A stretch of DNA of 64,000 bases from Phycisphaerae bacterium. Lineage in GTDB: Bacteria > Planctomycetota > Phycisphaerae > JAAYCJ01. The first letter of the stretch is position 1, and every line of letters begins with the position of its first letter. Under the pieces are notes generated by a model. That model was not told where the DNA came from. It made no database searches and was given only the letters and a program-made list of their open reading frames with translations. The stretch is taken from contig JAAYCJ010000251.1 of NCBI GenBank assembly GCA_012729815.1, positions 26,434 through 90,433 on the forward strand, in the 5' to 3' direction. Positions 8,596 to 18,266 of this stretch are shown here, in pieces. Both the position numbers and the translations under genes were made by a program.

Positions 8596-9756
8596 ATGAC
8601 GCCGTTTCAGATCGACCCCAACCGCCCGGTGCCCCTTCACAGCCAGATCCGCGACGGCATCCAGGCCCTGATCCGCGACGGCGCCCATCAACCCGGCGAC
8701 CTGCTCTTCACCGAAGTCGGCCTCAGCCGACAGTTCGGCGTCAGCCTCGGTCCCATCCGCCAAGCCATCAACCACCTCGTCGCCGAAGGCCTCCTGATCC
8801 GCCGACGCGCCAAGGGTGTCTTCCTCGCCGAACCCCAACAAACCGCCGCGCAGAAAGTCACCTTCGTCATCCCCGACGTCGGCCACAGCTTCTACGGCTC
8901 AATGCTCCGCGGCGGCGAACAGTGCGCCCGCCAACTCGGCTATGACCTCCTCGTCGCCAACTCCGACTTCGACCTCCAAGCCGAGACCGATATCCTCGGA
9001 CGACTCGCCCAGACCGAACCGCACGCCGTCGTCCTCTGCCACATCGGCGGCGACCAGTGCCGCCGCCAGGTCGAAGAACTCATCGCCAGAGGCTTCGTCG
9101 TCGTCATGGTCGACACCCGCCTCGGCGATCTGCCCGTCGATACTGTCGAAAACGACAACTTCCAGATCGGCCTGGACGCCACGAACCACCTCCTCGCCCA
9201 CGGCCATCGCCGCATCGTCCACCTGACCAGCAGCGAGTGGCCGAACTCCGCTGTGACCGCCCGCCGAGACGGCTACGCCAATGCCATGGTCCAGGCCGGC
9301 CTCCAGCCGGTCGTCCAAACGATCCATCAACCCGGCGACCGATGGGAAATCGACGTCGAACGCCGCGTCACCCAATGGATCGAAAGCCTCAGCCAGCCGC
9401 TTCCCACTGCCATCTTTGCCATCAACGACACCGAATGCGTGGGCATCATCCGCGGCCTGATCGCCGCCGGCCTCGACGTCCCCACGGATCTATCCCTCAT
9501 CGGCTGCGCCGACCTCGACCTGGCCCGCGCCCTGACCGTCCCGCTGACCACCATCGACCAGGACAGCTACGGCATGGGCCGCCGGGCCGTCCAACGGGCC
9601 GTTGACCGACTCGAAGGACGACTCGCCGGCGACCCGACCAACGAAATCCATCCGCACCGCCTCGTCGAGCGAATGACCGTCCGCGAACTCGGCTCGCACG
9701 CAACCAACCGCCGCCGAACCTCCGGACAGGTCGCCGCAAAGAGCATCAAACCATAG
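8596..9756 (+). CDS. GntR-family transcriptional regulator with C-terminal periplasmic-binding-protein (LacI-type) sugar-binding domain
   Basis: N-terminal winged HTH (LHSQIRDGIQALIRDG...LFTEVGLSRQFGVSLGPIRQAINHL). PBP type-1 domain follows (VTFVIPDVGHSFYGSMLRG...). True start ATG at 8596; the ORF-track 5' extension from 8077 is low-complexity and rejected. Confidence 0.75.
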   Translation: MTPFQIDPNRPVPLHSQIRDGIQALIRDGAHQPGDLLFTEVGLSRQFGVSLGPIRQAINHLVAEGLLIRRRAKGVFLAEPQQTAAQKVTFVIPDVGHSFYGSMLRGGEQCARQLGYDLLVANSDFDLQAETDILGRLAQTEPHAVVLCHIGGDQCRRQVEELIARGFVVVMVDTRLGDLPVDTVENDNFQIGLDATNHLLAHGHRRIVHLTSSEWPNSAVTARRDGYANAMVQAGLQPVVQTIHQPGDRWEIDVERRVTQWIESLSQPLPTAIFAINDTECVGIIRGLIAAGLDVPTDLSLIGCADLDLARALTVPLTTIDQDSYGMGRRAVQRAVDRLEGRLAGDPTNEIHPHRLVERMTVRELGSHATNRRRTSGQVAAKSIKP

Positions 9757-9779
9757 AAGTCCAAAACTCGGAGCAGGCC

Positions 9780-10382
9780 ATGAACGCCGACCATCCAAAA
9801 CATTCGCCGCCAAACGCCAAAGCCTTCACCCTCATCGAACTCCTCGTCGTCGTCGCCATCATCGCCGTCCTGGTCTCCATCCTCTTGCCCGCCCTGGCCA
9901 GCGTCCGCAAACGGACGAAGGACTTGATGTGCGAGACAAATCTCCGGTCGCTCTGGCAGGCCACGCTGCTCTACGCCCAGGACAATCACGATCGGCTTCC
10001 ACCGGTGCCGTGGACCTCCGCCGCATGGTCCGAGCCGCAGCACAACCAGAGCTTCTGGGTCGATCAACTGGTTCCGTACATCGCCAAAAGCCTCCAGATC
10101 GAACTGGTGCCCGGCAAGGTCGACCACATCTTCCGCTGCCCGTACGACGGCACCTGGGACGGTTGGGGCCGCCGATCGTCCTATATGGTCTACCCCGAAC
10201 TCGCCCAGAACGGCTGGATGCTGACCGCCTTCTCCCAGCCATCCCGAACCACCTACATGAAGGACGTCATATACCTCTGGCACCTCGATCCCATCAGCAT
10301 GAGAGGATGCAACATCTCGTTCCTCGACGGGCACGTGGAATACGCCCCGGGCTCACGGGCCGATTACTGGTACTGGGAGTAG
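9780..10382 (+). CDS. DUF1559 (H-X9-DG) protein with prepilin-type N-terminal cleavage/methylation domain
   Basis: KAFTLIELLVVVAIIAVLVSILLPAL prepilin motif. C-terminal FLDGHVEY H-X9-DG-type motif typical of the Planctomycete-expanded family. Confidence 0.8.
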   Translation: MNADHPKHSPPNAKAFTLIELLVVVAIIAVLVSILLPALASVRKRTKDLMCETNLRSLWQATLLYAQDNHDRLPPVPWTSAAWSEPQHNQSFWVDQLVPYIAKSLQIELVPGKVDHIFRCPYDGTWDGWGRRSSYMVYPELAQNGWMLTAFSQPSRTTYMKDVIYLWHLDPISMRGCNISFLDGHVEYAPGSRADYWYWE

Positions 10383-10458
10383 CGTTCACTTCTGTCGCCA
10401 GATCGCAAGATGCCGAAAGGCCGCTTGCCGCAATCGTTACGAACTAAAAGGAGCACCG

Positions 10459-11988
10459 ATGCGCGGACTCAACATCCTGGCCGGACTGATAGTCGGTTTC
10501 ACCCTCGGCGGCGCTTGCACCGCCGACCGCACCCGCGTCTCCCCCGCGGCCACCGGCGCCAACGCCATGTTCAACATGGCGGGCCTGTACTACGGAACCC
10601 TGCCGGCGTCGCACCCCGAATCCCGCCGGGCCGAATTCGCCAAACTCCTCCAGGATCGCGAAATCCGGCTCCTGCGGTTTCCCGGCGGCACGCTGGGCAA
10701 CTCAAGCTTCCTCGCCGACAACGACGAGGTCATGCGCTCGGTCCTCGGCGCCAGCGGCTATCCGGAAGGGGACCCCAACAAGTTCGTCACGCTCTGGCAG
10801 TTCCTCGACTTCTGCAAGGAAACCGGCACCATCCCGGTCTTCCACGTCAACATGCTGCTCCACACCGACGGCGAGAAGGTCTACCAGCTCACCGAAGCCG
10901 GCAGCACCGAAAGCCTGGTCCCGCCCACCGTGCAGCTCGACCCCGCCAAACGCGCCGACGCCGCTGAGGCCCTCACCAGACTCGTCGTCAAGGTCCGCGA
11001 AAAAGGCTTCTCCCTCAACCACTGGGAACTCGGCAACGAGGAATACGGCTATCCCCGCATGAAACCCTCCGACTACGCCGATATCGCCATCCGGTTCATC
11101 CGCGCCATCCGCCAAGCCGACGCACAGGCGATGATCTGGGTGACCCTGGGTTCCAACTTCTGCTCCGAATCCGACCGCCAGACCATCCCGCCCTGGTCGC
11201 AGGAGGTGCTCGCCCAACTGCGAAAAGCGGGCCTGACCGACGACAAAAACCTCGGCTTCACCCTCCACTACGTCTGGCCGGAATACATCCACGCGTACAC
11301 CGACATGGTCAAACGCTTCGGCTTCAAACCGCGATTCGCCGTCACCGAATTCCACATGGCCGGACTCGGCGACTATTCCGACCTCTGCCCCCGCTTCGGA
11401 TACGCCCTCGAACTCGCGCCCTATCTGATCAGCATGGTCAGGCTGCCCGCCGTGCGGATGCTCTGCATCCACGAACTGATCAGCCAGAACTTCGGCATCC
11501 TCCACTACAATCAACGAAGCTACGGCCCGCCCGGAATGGAAACCTGGGACGCCTCGCTGGGCTACCAGTCGATGCCCTCCGCCTACGTCTACGAACTCTT
11601 CGGCAAACTCATCGGCGGCCGCATCATCGAAGACGACGTGACCGACGCCAACCGACTCGTCGTCGAACGGGACAACGAACGCCGCATCTTCTTCATCAAC
11701 CGCACGGTCAACCCGACCACCGTCGAATGGAGCCGCCGGATCGTGGGAGCAAGCGCCGCCCGATTCGAATGCCAAACCCTCATCCCCAGCACCAGACCGG
11801 AAGGGGGGACCGATGAGGATGAGGCCTCAGCCCAGGCCCTCGGCCGATCCGCCTATCCGGGCGATCCGCTCCGCGCCGACGCGGTCCGACACGAACAGCA
11901 GACAGGCGACATCGGACCCAAAGGGCTGACGCTGACCGTCCCGTCCTACAGCATCAATCTCATCCGCTGCCTGCCGAACGATGAATAG
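10459..11988 (+). CDS. Glycoside hydrolase, clan GH-A TIM-barrel lipoprotein (GH39/GH79/GH5-like), paralog 1
   Basis: Lipobox LGGAC. Acid/base motif HWELGNEE. Nucleophile-region motif AVTEFHMAG. About 50% identical to the next ORF. Confidence 0.7.
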   Translation: MRGLNILAGLIVGFTLGGACTADRTRVSPAATGANAMFNMAGLYYGTLPASHPESRRAEFAKLLQDREIRLLRFPGGTLGNSSFLADNDEVMRSVLGASGYPEGDPNKFVTLWQFLDFCKETGTIPVFHVNMLLHTDGEKVYQLTEAGSTESLVPPTVQLDPAKRADAAEALTRLVVKVREKGFSLNHWELGNEEYGYPRMKPSDYADIAIRFIRAIRQADAQAMIWVTLGSNFCSESDRQTIPPWSQEVLAQLRKAGLTDDKNLGFTLHYVWPEYIHAYTDMVKRFGFKPRFAVTEFHMAGLGDYSDLCPRFGYALELAPYLISMVRLPAVRMLCIHELISQNFGILHYNQRSYGPPGMETWDASLGYQSMPSAYVYELFGKLIGGRIIEDDVTDANRLVVERDNERRIFFINRTVNPTTVEWSRRIVGASAARFECQTLIPSTRPEGGTDEDEASAQALGRSAYPGDPLRADAVRHEQQTGDIGPKGLTLTVPSYSINLIRCLPNDE

Positions 11989-12036
11989 CCGCCTTCATCA
12001 GCGGGTGCCGTTGCTTCGACCAACAGAAAACTCGCT

Positions 12037-13500
12037 ATGGGAGCATTGAAAATGAAGAGTATCCCCTGTGTGCTGACCGCCATCGTCACCGGGTTCTTCT
12101 GTGCCAGCGCCGCCCTCGCCGAACCGCATACCGTCTCGCCCCTCCTGGCCGGGGCCAACCTCCAGTTCAACGACTGCGGCTTCTACTACGGCTCCCTGCC
12201 CGCCGACGCCCCCGAATCCCGCCGGGCCGAATTCGCCGACCTCATGAAGCAAATCGGCATCGGCGTCCTCCGCTATCCCGGCGGATGGTTCGCCCACGAA
12301 TTCATCCCCGACAATGACCAGGCCATGCTCGAAGTCCAGCAATTCGCCCTCTGGCCCCAGTCCGACAAGAAGGTCTATCCCGACATCTGGCGATGGCTCG
12401 ACTTCTGCATGCAGACCAACATCGAACCGCTCTTCCAGGTCAACACGCTCCTCTACTTCGCCGACGGCAAAATGTACCGCCTCACCGAAGGCGCGTCCGA
12501 CCGCCGTGGGGCCAAGGAGGCCACCCCCGACCCCTCCAAACGCTCAGCCGCCGCCGACGCCCTCGCCCAACTCGTCAAAAAAACCACCCAACGCGGCTAT
12601 GCCGTCCGACACTGGGAACTCGGCAATGAGGAATATAGCGGCTACCCCGCCGCCGACTACGCCGACGTCGCCATCCAATTCACCAATGCCATCCGCCAAG
12701 CCGATCCCAACGCGATCATCTGGATCACCCTCGGCGACAACAGCCTCCGCGACCCAAAAAGCGATTTCTACAAATGGGCCCAGACCGTCCTCGCCGCCTG
12801 CCGCGACGCCGGCCTCAACAAGGACCCCAACGTCCGCTTCACCCTCCACTACTCATGGCGGGCCATCGTCGACGCCGCCGACAAACTCGTCCGCCAGTAC
12901 GGTTTCCAGCCGCGATTCGCCATCACCGAGTTCCACATGGCCGGCACCGGACCCTACTGGGACCTCTCACCCCGTTTCGGCTATGCCCTCGACCTCGCCA
13001 AATACCTCATCGAAATGGCCGCCGACCCGCGTGTCGAAATCCTCTGCATCCACGACCTCGACTCCCAGAACTTCGGCATCATCCACTACAACCAGCGCAG
13101 CTACGGCCTGCCCGGCATGCAAACCTGGGACGAAAGCCTCGGCTACCAGCTCATGCCCTCCGCCCGCACCTACGAACTCTTCAGCCGGACGGTAGGGGGG
13201 CAGGTCATCCCGCAAGCCTCCGACCCCAACCGCCTCGTCGTCGAGAAAGACGGCCATCGCGTCATCTTCGTCGTCAACCACACCGTCAACCCCATGACCG
13301 TCGAATGGGGTCCGCAAATCGTCGGCAAAGGCAGCGCCAAATTCACCCGCCACACCATCACGCCCGCCGACAAAAGCAAGGACGACCCGCGCCGCGTCGA
13401 TCAGACGGCTGAGGAAACCCAGCAGGGTGCCATCGCCAACGGCCGCCTCACCGTCGAGCTGCCCTCCATGAGCGTCTCCGCCGTCATCTGCACCAGGTGA
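12037..13500 (+). CDS. Glycoside hydrolase, clan GH-A TIM-barrel, paralog 2 (tandem duplicate)
   Basis: Signal peptide. HWELGNEE and AITEFHMAG motifs collinear with paralog 1. Confidence 0.7.
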   Translation: MGALKMKSIPCVLTAIVTGFFCASAALAEPHTVSPLLAGANLQFNDCGFYYGSLPADAPESRRAEFADLMKQIGIGVLRYPGGWFAHEFIPDNDQAMLEVQQFALWPQSDKKVYPDIWRWLDFCMQTNIEPLFQVNTLLYFADGKMYRLTEGASDRRGAKEATPDPSKRSAAADALAQLVKKTTQRGYAVRHWELGNEEYSGYPAADYADVAIQFTNAIRQADPNAIIWITLGDNSLRDPKSDFYKWAQTVLAACRDAGLNKDPNVRFTLHYSWRAIVDAADKLVRQYGFQPRFAITEFHMAGTGPYWDLSPRFGYALDLAKYLIEMAADPRVEILCIHDLDSQNFGIIHYNQRSYGLPGMQTWDESLGYQLMPSARTYELFSRTVGGQVIPQASDPNRLVVEKDGHRVIFVVNHTVNPMTVEWGPQIVGKGSAKFTRHTITPADKSKDDPRRVDQTAEETQQGAIANGRLTVELPSMSVSAVICTR

Positions 13501-13668
13501 CGGAGGTCCGTCGGACCCAAAACCGCCGCAACGCCTCCCAAAGAACTGCGACCGTCAGGGAGCGGGGCCTTTCTCCCGGCCGATTCACCTGACTTCCAAC
13601 GCGCTATCCTTCCCTCCAATTCCACCTCCCAGCCAACGCCTCCGCACGCGGCATCCCCGGCTTTTCCT

Positions 13669-13697
13669 TTGACTATACCTCCGATCTCCCCTAGAAT
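13669..13697 (+). promoter_or_regulatory. Sigma70-like promoter upstream of kaiC (TTGACT-17 nt-TAGAAT) with about 230-nt leader
   Basis: TTGACT at 13669-13674, a 17-nt spacer, then TAGAAT at 13692-13697. This is the only near-consensus hexamer pair in the 435-bp non-coding gap. Confidence 0.4.
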
Positions 13698-13935
13698 CTC
13701 TGTCAATTGTCTCATGCCGACCGGTATCTCGGGGCGTCTGAGACAACGGTTCACAGCGTGGGGAAAGTCGTCGCCCGCCGCGTCCACGGACGTTTCGGCG
13801 GCCGCAGCGACAACAAGCCGAATGGGGTGCGGTACTCACGAACGGCGCAAGTGCGTGGTTCCTGATCCCCCAATCGGCAACCGCGGGCGAAATGGCTGCC
13901 TCTATCGCCGGCCCACGAAGCCGGACCGGGAGGAA

Positions 13936-15699
13936 ATGAACGTGGCGAGAACAAAACGCACCTCCGAACCCTCAGCCCTGCCCAAAGCGCCCACTGGCAT
14001 CATCGGCTTCGACGAGATCACCTTCGGCGGACTCCCAAAAGGCCGGCCCACCCTCGTCGCCGGAGAACCCGGCAGCGGAAAAACCCTCTTCTCCAGCGAG
14101 TTCCTCGTCCGAGGCATCACCCAGTTCGACGAACCCGGCGTATTCATGGCCTTCGAGGAAACCGCCGAGGACCTGACCAAAAACGTCGCCTCCCTCGGCT
14201 TCGACCTCAACGATCTCGTCCGCCGAAACAAGCTCGCCATCGACTTCGTCTACGTCGAACGCAGCGAAATCGAGGAAACCGGCGAATACGACCTCGAAGG
14301 CCTCTTCGTCCGACTCGCCCTCGCCGTCCAGCAGGTCAACGCCAAACGAGTCGTCCTCGACACCGTCGAAGCCCTCTTCTCCGGATTCACCAACCCCTCC
14401 ATCCTCCGAGCCGAACTCCGTCGCCTCTTCCGTTGGCTCAAGGAACGCGACCTCACCGCCGTCATCACCGCCGAACGCGGCGAAAACACCCTCACCCGCT
14501 ACGGCCTCGAAGAATACGTCGCCGACGCCGTCATCGTCCTCGACCACCGAGTCCACGACGAAATCTCCACCCGCCGACTCCGAGTCGTCAAATACCGCGG
14601 CTCCTCGCACGGCACCAACGAATACCCCTTCCTCATCGGCGACCGCGGAATCTCCGTCCTCCCCATCACCTCCATCGGCCTCCACCACGTCGTCTCCACC
14701 GACCGTATCTCCTCCGGCGTCGCCGGCCTCGACCTGATGCTCGGCGGACGCGGCTACTACCGCGGCTCCACCATCCTGATCTCCGGTACCGCCGGAACCG
14801 GAAAAACCACCTTCGCCGCCCACTTCGCCAAAAAACTCTGCCAAGACGGCGGCCGATGCCTCTATCTGCCCATGGAGGAATCCCCCAGCCAGATCGTCCG
14901 CAACATGCATTCCATCGGCCTCGACCTTCAGCCATGCCTCAAGAAAGGCCTGTTGCGATTCGAACCCATGCGATCCACCCTCTACGGCCTCGAAATGCAC
15001 CTCCTGACCATCCACCGACTCGTCGAGGAATTTAAACCCGACGCCGTCGTCCTCGACCCCATCACCAACTACCTGGCCATCGGGGCCGAAGCGGACATCA
15101 AGTCGCTCCTCACCCGCGTCACCGACTACCTCAAGTCCCAGCGGATCACCACCGTCATGACCAGCCTCACCCACGGAGGCGAAACCATCGAAGGCTCCAA
15201 CGCCGCCGTCTCCTCCCTCGTCGACACCTGGATCCTCCTCCGAAGCGTCGAATGCAGCGGCGAGCGAAACCGCGTCGCCTACGTCCTCAAGTCCCGCGGC
15301 ATGTCCCACTCCAACCAGCTCAGCGAATACACCCTCTCCGCCGACGGCGTCCGTTTCATCCAGCCCTACATCGGGCCCGCCGGCGCCCTCACCGGCTCGG
15401 CACGCGTCAGCCGCGAGGCGATCGAACAGGCCCAGGCCGCCGAGGCAAGTCAACAGATCGACCTCAAACGACGCGAACTCGACCGCAAACGACGAATGCT
15501 CGACGCACAGATCGCCCTCCTCCAGGCTCGTTTCGAAGGTGAACAGCAGGAAACCGAGCAGGCCATCGCACAGCAAAGAACCCGCGCCGATATTCTACAA
15601 CAGGACCGCCGCGACATCGCAAAACTCCGCCACATCGCCAACCACGGCCGCGAGCAGCCGGCCCGTGCGAAAAGCGCCAACAAAGGAAAAAAGAAATGA
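13936..15699 (+). CDS. kaiC: Circadian clock protein KaiC homolog (double RecA/DnaB-like ATPase) with about 70-aa C-terminal coiled-coil-like extension
   Basis: Two Walker A motifs ([16 protein letters not shown]), each followed by a catalytic EE pair (AFEETAED; PMEESPSQ). [16 protein letters not shown] and [11 protein letters not shown] KaiC signatures. The C-terminal 70 residues are Q/R/E-rich and heptad-like. Start ATG at 13936 is preceded by GGGAGG. Confidence 0.9.
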   Translation: MNVARTKRTSEPSALPKAPTGIIGFDEITFGGLPKGRPTLVAGEPGSGKTLFSSEFLVRGITQFDEPGVFMAFEETAEDLTKNVASLGFDLNDLVRRNKLAIDFVYVERSEIEETGEYDLEGLFVRLALAVQQVNAKRVVLDTVEALFSGFTNPSILRAELRRLFRWLKERDLTAVITAERGENTLTRYGLEEYVADAVIVLDHRVHDEISTRRLRVVKYRGSSHGTNEYPFLIGDRGISVLPITSIGLHHVVSTDRISSGVAGLDLMLGGRGYYRGSTILISGTAGTGKTTFAAHFAKKLCQDGGRCLYLPMEESPSQIVRNMHSIGLDLQPCLKKGLLRFEPMRSTLYGLEMHLLTIHRLVEEFKPDAVVLDPITNYLAIGAEADIKSLLTRVTDYLKSQRITTVMTSLTHGGETIEGSNAAVSSLVDTWILLRSVECSGERNRVAYVLKSRGMSHSNQLSEYTLSADGVRFIQPYIGPAGALTGSARVSREAIEQAQAAEASQQIDLKRRELDRKRRMLDAQIALLQARFEGEQQETEQAIAQQRTRADILQQDRRDIAKLRHIANHGREQPARAKSANKGKKK

Positions 15700-16031
15700 C
15701 CGCCGATAAAGACAACAAAGCAAAAACCGCCGCCGCGGACCAAAGCGATACCGACCGCGACTTCTGGGAACTCCGACTCTACGTCGCCGGACAGACCCCA
15801 AAGTCCCTGACCGCCTTCGCAAACCTTAAACGAATCTGCGAGGAGCACCTCCAGGGCAAGTACACCATCGAGGTCATCGACCTCCTCGAAAACCCCCGGC
15901 TCGCCCAGGGCGACCAGATCCTCGCCATTCCCACTCTGGTCCGAAAGCTCCCCGAACCCGTGCGAAAAATCATCGGCGACTTGTCCAACGAGGAACGCGT
16001 CCTGATCGGCCTGGACCTGCGGCCCAGATAA
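15696..16031 (+). CDS. kaiB: KaiB homolog 1 (thioredoxin-like fold). The ATGA start overlaps the kaiC stop.
   Basis: [27 protein letters not shown]...[53 protein letters not shown] is collinear with KaiB. Confidence 0.9.
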   Translation: MTADKDNKAKTAAADQSDTDRDFWELRLYVAGQTPKSLTAFANLKRICEEHLQGKYTIEVIDLLENPRLAQGDQILAIPTLVRKLPEPVRKIIGDLSNEERVLIGLDLRPR

Positions 16032-16087
16032 CCACGCGCCCCGGCCAATGAGGGCCGAAGCGCTTTAAAAAGGATGGGACCATACAA

Positions 16088-16438
16088 ATGACATCGAAGC
16101 AACGCGACGACAAGACCAGAGACTTCGAACGGGCCGCCGAGGAGGCAGCCGGCCACCCGTACGTCCTGCGGCTCTACATCGCTGGCAAGACCGAACGCTC
16201 CATGCACGCCATCGAGCAGATCCGCAGCGTCCTCGAACAACGCCTGCCCGGCCGCTACGAACTCGAAGTCATCGACGTCCACCAGCATCCCGAAATGGTC
16301 CGCGCCGACCAGGTCATCGCCGTGCCCACCCTCGTCAAAAAACTCCCCGAACCCCTCCGAAAAATCATCGGCTCCATGGCCGACCAGGACCGACTCCTCA
16401 TCGGCCTCGACCTCCTGCCCAGGGAGGACAAACCATGA
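16088..16438 (+). CDS. kaiB: KaiB homolog 2 (tandem paralog)
   Basis: LRLYIAGKTERSMHAIEQIRSVLEQRLPGRYELEVIDVHQHPEMVRADQVIAVPTLVKKLPEPLRKIIGSMADQDRLLIGLDL. Confidence 0.9.
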   Translation: MTSKQRDDKTRDFERAAEEAAGHPYVLRLYIAGKTERSMHAIEQIRSVLEQRLPGRYELEVIDVHQHPEMVRADQVIAVPTLVKKLPEPLRKIIGSMADQDRLLIGLDLLPREDKP

Positions 16439-16460
16439 CCCGCGACACAGATACCCGTAG

Positions 16461-16481
16461 GGTGCGTCGTCCCGACGCACC
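16461..16481 (+). other. GC-rich stem-loop (GGTGCGTCG-tcc-CGACGCACC) between kaiB2 and the histidine kinase; no U-tract
   Basis: Perfect 9-bp inverted repeat seen directly. Function (partial terminator/attenuator or processing site) is unknown. Confidence 0.3.
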
Positions 16482-16603
16482 GTTCTCCGCTCGCACCTCC
16501 AATCACCCTCCGGCCGCCAACGCCCCATCTTGCATTTTGCACTTTGCTATTTTCTATTTTCATTCTGTCTTTCTCTATCGCTTCCGCGGAGCATCCGCCG
16601 ACC

Positions 16604-18241
16604 ATGACCGATAACGAAAAAAACATCCCGATCTCCAACCTCCCGTCCGATGAAGCCCAGGAAACCCTCCGCGCCATCCGCGACGGAGAAATCGACGCCC
16701 TCGTCGTCGCCGCCCCGGACGGCGAAAAAGTCTACACCCTCACCGGCGCCGAACGGCCCTACCGCGTCTTCGTCGAAAACATGACCGAAGGCGCCGTCAC
16801 CCTCAGCCCCGACGGCGCCATCCTCTACGCCAACCGACGCTTCGCCGAAATGGTCCACCTGCCCGTCGAGTACGTCATCGGTTCCTCCATCCTGCCCCTC
16901 TTCGGGTCCGCCGACCGCCACGCCTTCCAAGCCCTCCTCCGCGCCGCCGCCCAATCCGCCCAAACCGCCGAATGCGTCTTCCAACTCGCCGACGACGCCA
17001 CCGTTCCCGTCCACGTCTCCGCCAGTCCCCTCCAGGCCGAAACCCTCGACGCCGTCGCCGTCGTCGTCACCGACCTGACCGAACAGAAACGCCGCGACGA
17101 AGTCCTCGCCGCCGAACGACTCGCCCGGTCCATCCTCGAACAGGCCACCGAGCCCATCGTCGTCTGCGACGACCGCGGACGCATCATCCGCGCCAGCCGC
17201 GCCGCCCGTGAACTCTGCGGCCGCGACCCCCTCTTCCAGCCCTTCAACGACCTCTTCCCCCTCCACCTCGAAGACGGCCGCCCGCTGCGATTCTGTCTCG
17301 ACAACGGAAAACCAAACCCCACCGATCCTGCCCCCCTCTGTCTCTGCCAGGGCGTCAAGGCCACCGAAGCCCTTTTCGAAAATAACGGACGCAGAAACCT
17401 GCTCGTCAACGCCGGGCCCCTCCGCGACGGCCACGACCGCATCGTCGGCTGCGTCGTCACCCTCACCGATATCACCGATCGCAAGCTCGCCGAACTGGCC
17501 CTCCAACGCTCTCGCGACCAGCTCGACCAACTCGTGCATCAGCGCACCGAACAGCTCGCCCGCTCAAACGCCGACCTCGAACACTTCGCCTACATCGCCT
17601 CTCACGACCTCCGCGAACCCCTCCGTACCGTCGCCTCCTTCGTCGAACTCCTCCAACGACGCTACAACGACCGCCTCGACGATGACGCCCGCTCCTACAT
17701 CAAATACGCAGCCGACGGGGCCAAGCGAATGAACAGCCTGATCCAGGACCTCCTCGCCTACTCCCGCATCTCCACCCGAGGCCAGCCGCCAAAACCCACC
17801 GACCTCAACGACGCCTTCGAACGCGCCGTCCGGAACGTCCACGCCGCCATCGACGAAACCGATGCCCAGATCACCCACGACCCGCTCCCCACCGTCCCCG
17901 CCGACCCCACCCAGATCCTCCAGATATTCCAGAACCTCCTCGAAAACGCCATCAAGTTCCGAAGCGGCAAACCCCCGCGCATCCACGTCTGGGCCGAGCG
18001 ACGCGATCCCGACTCCGTCACCATCGCCGTCCGAGACAACGGCATCGGAATCGCCCCCGAATTCGCCGACCGAATCTTCGTCCCATTCCAGCGACTCCAC
18101 ACCCACCAGAAATACCCCGGAAGCGGAATAGGACTCGCCATCTGCCAACGCATCGTCCAACGACACAACGGGAAAATCTGGGTCGAATCTCAACCCGAAC
18201 AGGGCGCCACCTTCTTCTTCACCCTCCCAACCCACGCCTGA
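16604..18241 (+). CDS. Cytoplasmic PAS/PAC-domain sensor histidine kinase (HisKA + HATPase_c, no receiver), kai-associated
   Basis: H-box FAYIASHDLREPLRTV. N, G1/G2 boxes (LLENAIKF, RDNGIGI, GSGIGLAICQ). At least two PAS-like segments, no TM helices. Start ATG at 16604. Confidence 0.85.
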   Translation: MTDNEKNIPISNLPSDEAQETLRAIRDGEIDALVVAAPDGEKVYTLTGAERPYRVFVENMTEGAVTLSPDGAILYANRRFAEMVHLPVEYVIGSSILPLFGSADRHAFQALLRAAAQSAQTAECVFQLADDATVPVHVSASPLQAETLDAVAVVVTDLTEQKRRDEVLAAERLARSILEQATEPIVVCDDRGRIIRASRAARELCGRDPLFQPFNDLFPLHLEDGRPLRFCLDNGKPNPTDPAPLCLCQGVKATEALFENNGRRNLLVNAGPLRDGHDRIVGCVVTLTDITDRKLAELALQRSRDQLDQLVHQRTEQLARSNADLEHFAYIASHDLREPLRTVASFVELLQRRYNDRLDDDARSYIKYAADGAKRMNSLIQDLLAYSRISTRGQPPKPTDLNDAFERAVRNVHAAIDETDAQITHDPLPTVPADPTQILQIFQNLLENAIKFRSGKPPRIHVWAERRDPDSVTIAVRDNGIGIAPEFADRIFVPFQRLHTHQKYPGSGIGLAICQRIVQRHNGKIWVESQPEQGATFFFTLPTHA

Positions 18242-18266
18242 CCACCTGCGGAACCTCCGGCCCCGC

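Noticed and set aside
13669-13935. In-frame 89-codon extension upstream of kaiC
   Set aside because: No domain-like sequence. It contains the best promoter hexamers, and KaiC homology starts about 20 residues after the ATG at 13936 with a GGGAGG RBS.
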